This document shows, piece after piece, positions 58,360-64,000 of a stretch of DNA of 64,000 bases. This DNA comes from Octopus vulgaris. Taxonomy: Eukaryota. The DNA lies in contig OX597836.1 of assembly GCA_951406725.2 (NCBI GenBank), positions 8,618,001 through 8,682,000 on the forward strand. Direction: 5' to 3'. Numbering within the stretch: position 1 is the stretch's first letter; each line of letters starts with the position of its first letter. The translations under genes were made by a program, and so were the position numbers. The notes below the pieces were generated by a model. That model was not told the DNA's origin. It ran no database searches and was given only the letters and a program-made list of their open reading frames with translations.

Positions 58360-58532
58360 ATGCTGAAACATTCGAAATTAAATCGGAATAACTGCGCTTC
58401 TTTCCAACTAAAATGACGTCACCAGTCTTCCATCTTTCTGCTACCTTTGTTGTGAAAGACCGAAGACTGATGACGTCATTTTACTTGGAAACAAACACAG
58501 TTATTCCGATTTAATTTTGCGTGTTTCAGCAT
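58360..58532. repeat. Inverted repeat, ~71 bp arms and ~31 bp spacer
   Basis: ATGCTGAAACA...AATCGGAATAACTG...TTTCCAACTAAAATGACGTCACCAGTCTTC (58360-58430) versus GAAGACTGATGACGTCATTTTACTTGGAAA...CAGTTATTCCGATT...TGTTTCAGCAT (58462-58532). Confidence 0.9.
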
Positions 58533-58719
58533 AAATTAAGTACCAGCTGCGTACTGGGGTCGATCTAATCGACTGCCCCCCCCTCCCCAAAGATTTCGGG
58601 CTTCATTGCCTAGAATAGAAAAGAATATTATCAATGTTGTTGTTGTTGTTTTTATTGTTGTCTACGATATAGTTATTGTTGTTCTTGTTCTTGGAGTTTC
58701 GTTCCATATTTATTTACTT

Positions 58720-59260
58720 AAATCCTTTGCGTACGATGGAGTATAAGGCCATCGAAGACTTTTCCCCACTGATCTCGACTTTGGGTTGTCCTTTCTCCTT
58801 CTCTCCCCATTGGACCCCTGCTTTTTTCAGATCTACATCATTATCCTACCCCCGGCTATCCTTTTGGATTTTGCTTCCTCCAAGGAAGGCCTATCAGTGT
58901 CAATATAATTGGTCGAAACCCTTGAAGGTGGTGCCATAGGAATGCAATCGAAAACTGAACACAAAAATATAAAAGCAAGCAAAATAAACTAGAAGAACAA
59001 ATGTGGTGAATGTCAGAATATATGGTAGTAACATGGAGCAGTGAATGTAGCAGGCTACATGTGATGTAATACTTGATGAAGTCTTTTGCTCCTTATGGAA
59101 CAAAGACCATCGACGAATTTTCTCCATTGTTACGACTCTTCCTTGTCTTTTCCGTTGCTTTCCAGTTGGGTCCCTGCTTTTTCAGTCTTCAGCTGTTTTT
59201 AGGGTATCTTCTTCTCTGCTGTCTCTACCCCGTGGGTTCCAGGTCAGAGCCTGACTCGTC
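58720..59260 (-). mobile_element. Two decayed RTE LINE 3'-end fragments (~58720-58890 and ~59080-59260)
   Basis: Minus translations QALTWNPRG...KKQG.NWK..EKT.KSR..WRKFVDGLCS and KKQG...RTTQSRDQWGKVFDGL match the RTE ORF end QALTWNPQG...AQDR..WR..VDGLCS. Confidence 0.72.
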
Positions 59261-59320
59261 ACACGTTTTCTTAAGGGAAGGACTTCCTCTCCCAAATCTT
59301 GTTGGGTTTCAATTATCATC

Positions 59321-59665
59321 AAGGCGCGCAGCTCAGTGGTTAGAACGTCGGGATCACATAATGAAGTAGTGAGTTCGATTCCCAGATCAGGCTGTGTGTT
59401 GTGTTCTTGAGCAAGACACTTTATTTCACATTGCTCCAGTTCACTCAGCTATAGAAATGAGTTGCGACATCACTGGTGCTAAGTTGGATTAGCCTTTGCC
59501 TTCCCATTGGATAACATTGGTGGCGCGGAGAGGAGAGGCTGGGTATGCATGGGTGACTGCTGGTCTTCCATAAACAACCTCACCCAGACGTGTACATCGG
59601 AGGGGACTTTCTAGGTACAATTCCATAGTCATACATGAATGAAGGGGGGTCTTTCCCTTTACTTC
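59321..59665 (+). mobile_element. tRNA-derived CORE-type SINE (family D)
   Basis: AGCTCAGTGGTTAG (box A) and GAGTTCGATTCCC (box B), followed by CORE-like TGTGTTCTTGAGCAAGACACTTTATTTCACATTGCTCCAGTTCACTCAGCT...AAATGAG. Confidence 0.8.
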
Positions 59666-60427
59666 TGTAACTCATCGTTTTTCTAGGTAGGGATTTCGGC
59701 CTCACGAAAACCCATTTTGACCTCTGGGAAGAGATGGCCCATATTAATCTGCCCTCTGTCCTTTGTCCAGCATTGAAGGCCCAACGAGGAGCTCTCGAGG
59801 CCAATGAAACATACGAGCCATCACATCGAAACAAGGGCTGGTCCTTGTGGTGGTTATTGAGCCCCATATCGGCCCTTTATTCTGTAGACATTTCTAATTA
59901 AAGGCGTTCCAGCAGTGACAAAGCAGTCTTTTAGTCAGACATGGTGTAATCTATAAGAGGTGGTACTAATGAAAAGATTCTTCTATTTCTGGTAAATGGA
60001 CAATTCCTTTGAGAATCGCAGAAAAACAAAAATATTTGATTTATTGTGAAATGTCGAACTTTCTTCCTCGTTCCATATATTCAATTCTGACTCATTCTTC
60101 CAGGACACACAGACAGACACACACATACACACGCACACATGCGTTCGTAGGAAAGCACACATATACACACACACATGCATATAGATGTGGATGTTTGCAT
60201 AAATACACGCGTACCTACATGTGCGGAAGCACAAATGGATACATGTGCACATTTGTGCATGCTTGCATACACAGACACACACATGTATATATATATGTAT
60301 ACGTATACATGTATATGCATACATAAACACATACACACACTCGCATATATATATATATACATAAATATATATATATACACACATATATATACATATACAC
60401 ATATATATATGTATATATATATATGTA

Positions 60428-60491
<64 letters not shown>

Positions 60492-60689
60492 CACATAAAT
60501 ACATACATATATTATACCAGAAATATACATAATCAAATATAAAACCATGGATGTGCACACCTACGCACACACATATATATATACAAACGCATACATACAC
60601 ATACGCACACACATACACGCCTACAGACATACACATATCTAAACACACGTGCACACGGAGACACACGCATATATTTATATATCCATACA

Positions 60690-61543
60690 CACACTAAAAT
60701 ACACACATACACATACTCAAAACACACATACACTCGCCACTAAAAACGCAAATACACATACACATACCTATACATATACACATAATTTCATGAATGCAAA
60801 CACACGCACGCACACTAAATGCACACACATATACTCTCTAAAAACACACACATACATACACGCACACTAAATTCACATACACACACATATTTATGAATAC
60901 ACATACACACACACACACAGAACACACGTATACATATACTAGACACACAAACGCGCACACACTAAAACACACGTATACACACACAAGACATACACAAGAC
61001 ACACATACACACACTAAAACAAACACATACACACATTAAAAGCACACATATACACGCACACAAAAGTCACATACACACATATATTTATGACGATACACAC
61101 ACACACTAAAGACACACACACAAACACGTACACACACACTAGGTACACACACACATACACACACACAAACACACACATACATACACTAAAAGCACACATT
61201 AAAAACACACATATACACGTACACTAAAGCCTCATACACACACATATATATTTATGACGACACACACACACTAAAGATACACACATACACACACAAAACA
61301 CGTACACACATAGGTATACACACCACATACACACATTAAACACACACATACATACATTAAATGCATAAACACACATACATACACATACGCACACACACAC
61401 ATTCACACACACATACATACATTAAAAGCATAAACACACATGCACATACACGCACACACACACATTCACACACACACGCGCACACACACACATTCACACA
61501 CACACACACACATTCAACACACACATACATACATTAAAAGCAT

Positions 61544-61591
<48 letters not shown>

Positions 61592-61595
61592 ACAC
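60690..61595. repeat. CA-rich degenerate minisatellite with recurring CACTAAA/CATTAAA and ATTTATGA anchors
   Basis: Anchors recur at irregular ~30-60 bp spacing. ATTTATGA at ~60889, 61083 and 61250. Confidence 0.85.
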
Positions 61596-61926
61596 GTCTA
61601 GCTACAGTCCAGTGCAAGCCAATTATTATATTCATCTGTTGCTAAGTGGATCAGAAATTCGATATATCACAGAATAGACAGACTTTACCATTCCTCAGCC
61701 ACTCTCATCACAATTCCATCTTATTCCACTGACAACTAGAATAACTTCCCTTTAGTCATCAACACAAAGAAATCCACCCCGTTCCTCTACCCTCACTCGC
61801 TTCTACGCGCGCCCACCCTTCATCGACATCCACCAACAGTGCTTAAATAAATAAATAAATAAATAATTTAAAAGCCCGCCAGAATAGACAGCCTCAAAGC
61901 TGGTCCCTTTAGGGCCCTTCCTTCAT

Positions 61927-62251
61927 TTTATTTTATCCATCTTGAGTCCTGAGGCTCATAAAGCAGGTTATCCGGTTTCCATGGCGTGTAACCGACGGCG
62001 AGATCTCGCAACCTTTCCCTTTGAACGGGTCGTCCGGGTCCGTTGTCGGGTTCGAGGCCAGCAGTTTCGGTGGGGTGTGGGTGTTGGGGGTGGTGAGGGG
62101 GACAAGTCAGTGGCATCTGTTCCTGTAAGTTATTTTGTCGATGACAAAGGGACGGAAAGCAAAAGTGACCCCCGGCGGAATTTTGGACACGGATCGTAGA
62201 GTCGGAAGAAATACCGCTACGCATGTTGTCCGAAGCGCTAACAAGTCTGCC

Positions 62252-62252
<1 letters not shown>
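61927..62252 (-). mobile_element. V-domain-like SINE tail (61927-62040) plus diverged SINE B (~62050-62252)
   Basis: Minus strand CCGGACGACCCGTTCA...CATGGAAACCGGATAACC...ATGAGCC resembles 16260-16345. SINE B motifs AAAAGTGACCCCCGGCGGAATTT and CGCTAAC.AGTCTGCC. Confidence 0.65.
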
Positions 62253-63035
<783 letters not shown>

Positions 63036-63087
63036 TTATTATTATTATTATCATTATTATTCTTATTCTTATTCTTCTTATTATTGT

Positions 63088-64000
63088 TATTTCAAATTTT
63101 CACCACAAAGGCAGCTTGGGGGAGGTGGGCACGAGTCAATTACATAGACCCCAGTGTGCAACTGGTACTTAATTTCTCGACCCCGAAAGGATGAAACGTA
63201 AAGTCGACCTCGGCGGAATTTGAACTCAGAACGTAGCGACCGGCGCGAAATACAGCTAAGCATTTCGTTCAGCGCGCTAACGATTCTGTCAATAATAATA
63301 ATAATGATAATAATAATAATAATTATAACAATGGTTTCAAATTTTGGCACCAGGCCAGCAATTTCAGGTTAGGACACGAGTCGATTACATCGATCCCAGT
63401 AAGGATAAGAGGCAAAGTCGACCCTGGCGGAATTTGAACTCAGAACATAAAGAACCGGAAGAGCCTGAAGAACCTTTCTACTGAAATGAAATTTTGGGGA
63501 GAGGGGACTAGACGATAACATTGACCCCAGTGCTCGACTGCTAGTTATTTTATCGACTCCGAAAGGATAAAAGACAGGGTCGACCCCGGCGGAATTTGAA
63601 CTCAGAACGTAAAGACGGATGCCACCGCCTTAATAATTATCATAATTGTTTCAAATTTTGGTACAAAGCTATTGATTTCGAAGAAGGGGATAACTCGATT
63701 ACATCAACCCCAATACTCGGCTGGCACTTATTTTACCGCCCCCAAACCCCCAGTCCACCCCCGAAGGATAAACAGCAAAGTCACCCTCGGCGGAAGTTGA
63801 ACTTGGGACGTAAAGAAGGACAAAATGCCGCTAAGCATTTCCTCCGGGGCGCAAACGATTCTGCCATTTTGCCGCTTTGTCTTCGGTTAATAGCAGATCC
63901 AGCCAACCGGCGCAGAGTGCTTGCGAATGCAGTACCGGGCTTATTTGATCGACCCAGAAGGGGATGAAGGGCAAAGTCGACCTCGGCAGAATTTGAACTC
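63088..64000 (-). mobile_element. Tandem array of about five SINE family B units, running off the window end
   Basis: AAGTCGAC..(C/T)GGC(G/A)GAA(T/G)TTGAACT recurs at ~63201, 63415, 63577, 63778 and 63974. TTTCAAATTTT tail anchors at ~63090, 63334 and 63649. Confidence 0.88.

Noticed and set aside
63088-64000. Repeat-spacer pattern superficially like a CRISPR array (also 4110-4410, 46337-46400)
   Set aside because: Eukaryotic context with no cas genes. The units are SINE- or microsatellite-derived, and the spacers are homologous or simple repeats.

Overview
Eukaryotic, AT-rich, extremely microsatellite-dense DNA, intronic or intergenic. The SINE families and simple-repeat load resemble an Octopus (cephalopod) genome; this is an inference from repeat content only. 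No intact protein-coding gene is present, and nearly all ORFs in the track are translations of simple repeats. Between the (TA)n, (CA)n, (TACA)n, (TAA)n, (GA)n and (GATA)n arrays lie at least four tRNA-derived SINE families (~35 copies or fragments). There are also 5'-truncated non-LTR retrotransposons (restriction-like-endonuclease R4/Dong-type, a second RLE family, RTE, CR1/L2-group) and DNA transposon remnants (Tc1, mariner, Tigger/pogo-like, Merlin, hAT MITE). One candidate terminal host exon sits at 2653-2801 (-). The most interesting signals are: (1) retroelement families appear partitioned by microsatellite type, with Dong-like RLE elements in (TAA)n, a second RLE family in (TACA)n, and a LINE plus its SINE in (TA)n; (2) a dispersed family of short TA-embedded repeats and a long palindrome carry minimal type-I hammerhead-ribozyme motifs like those of Penelope-like elements; (3) the LINE and SINE share a 3' tail with a covarying hairpin. 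All family assignments come from visual motif recognition, not database searches.
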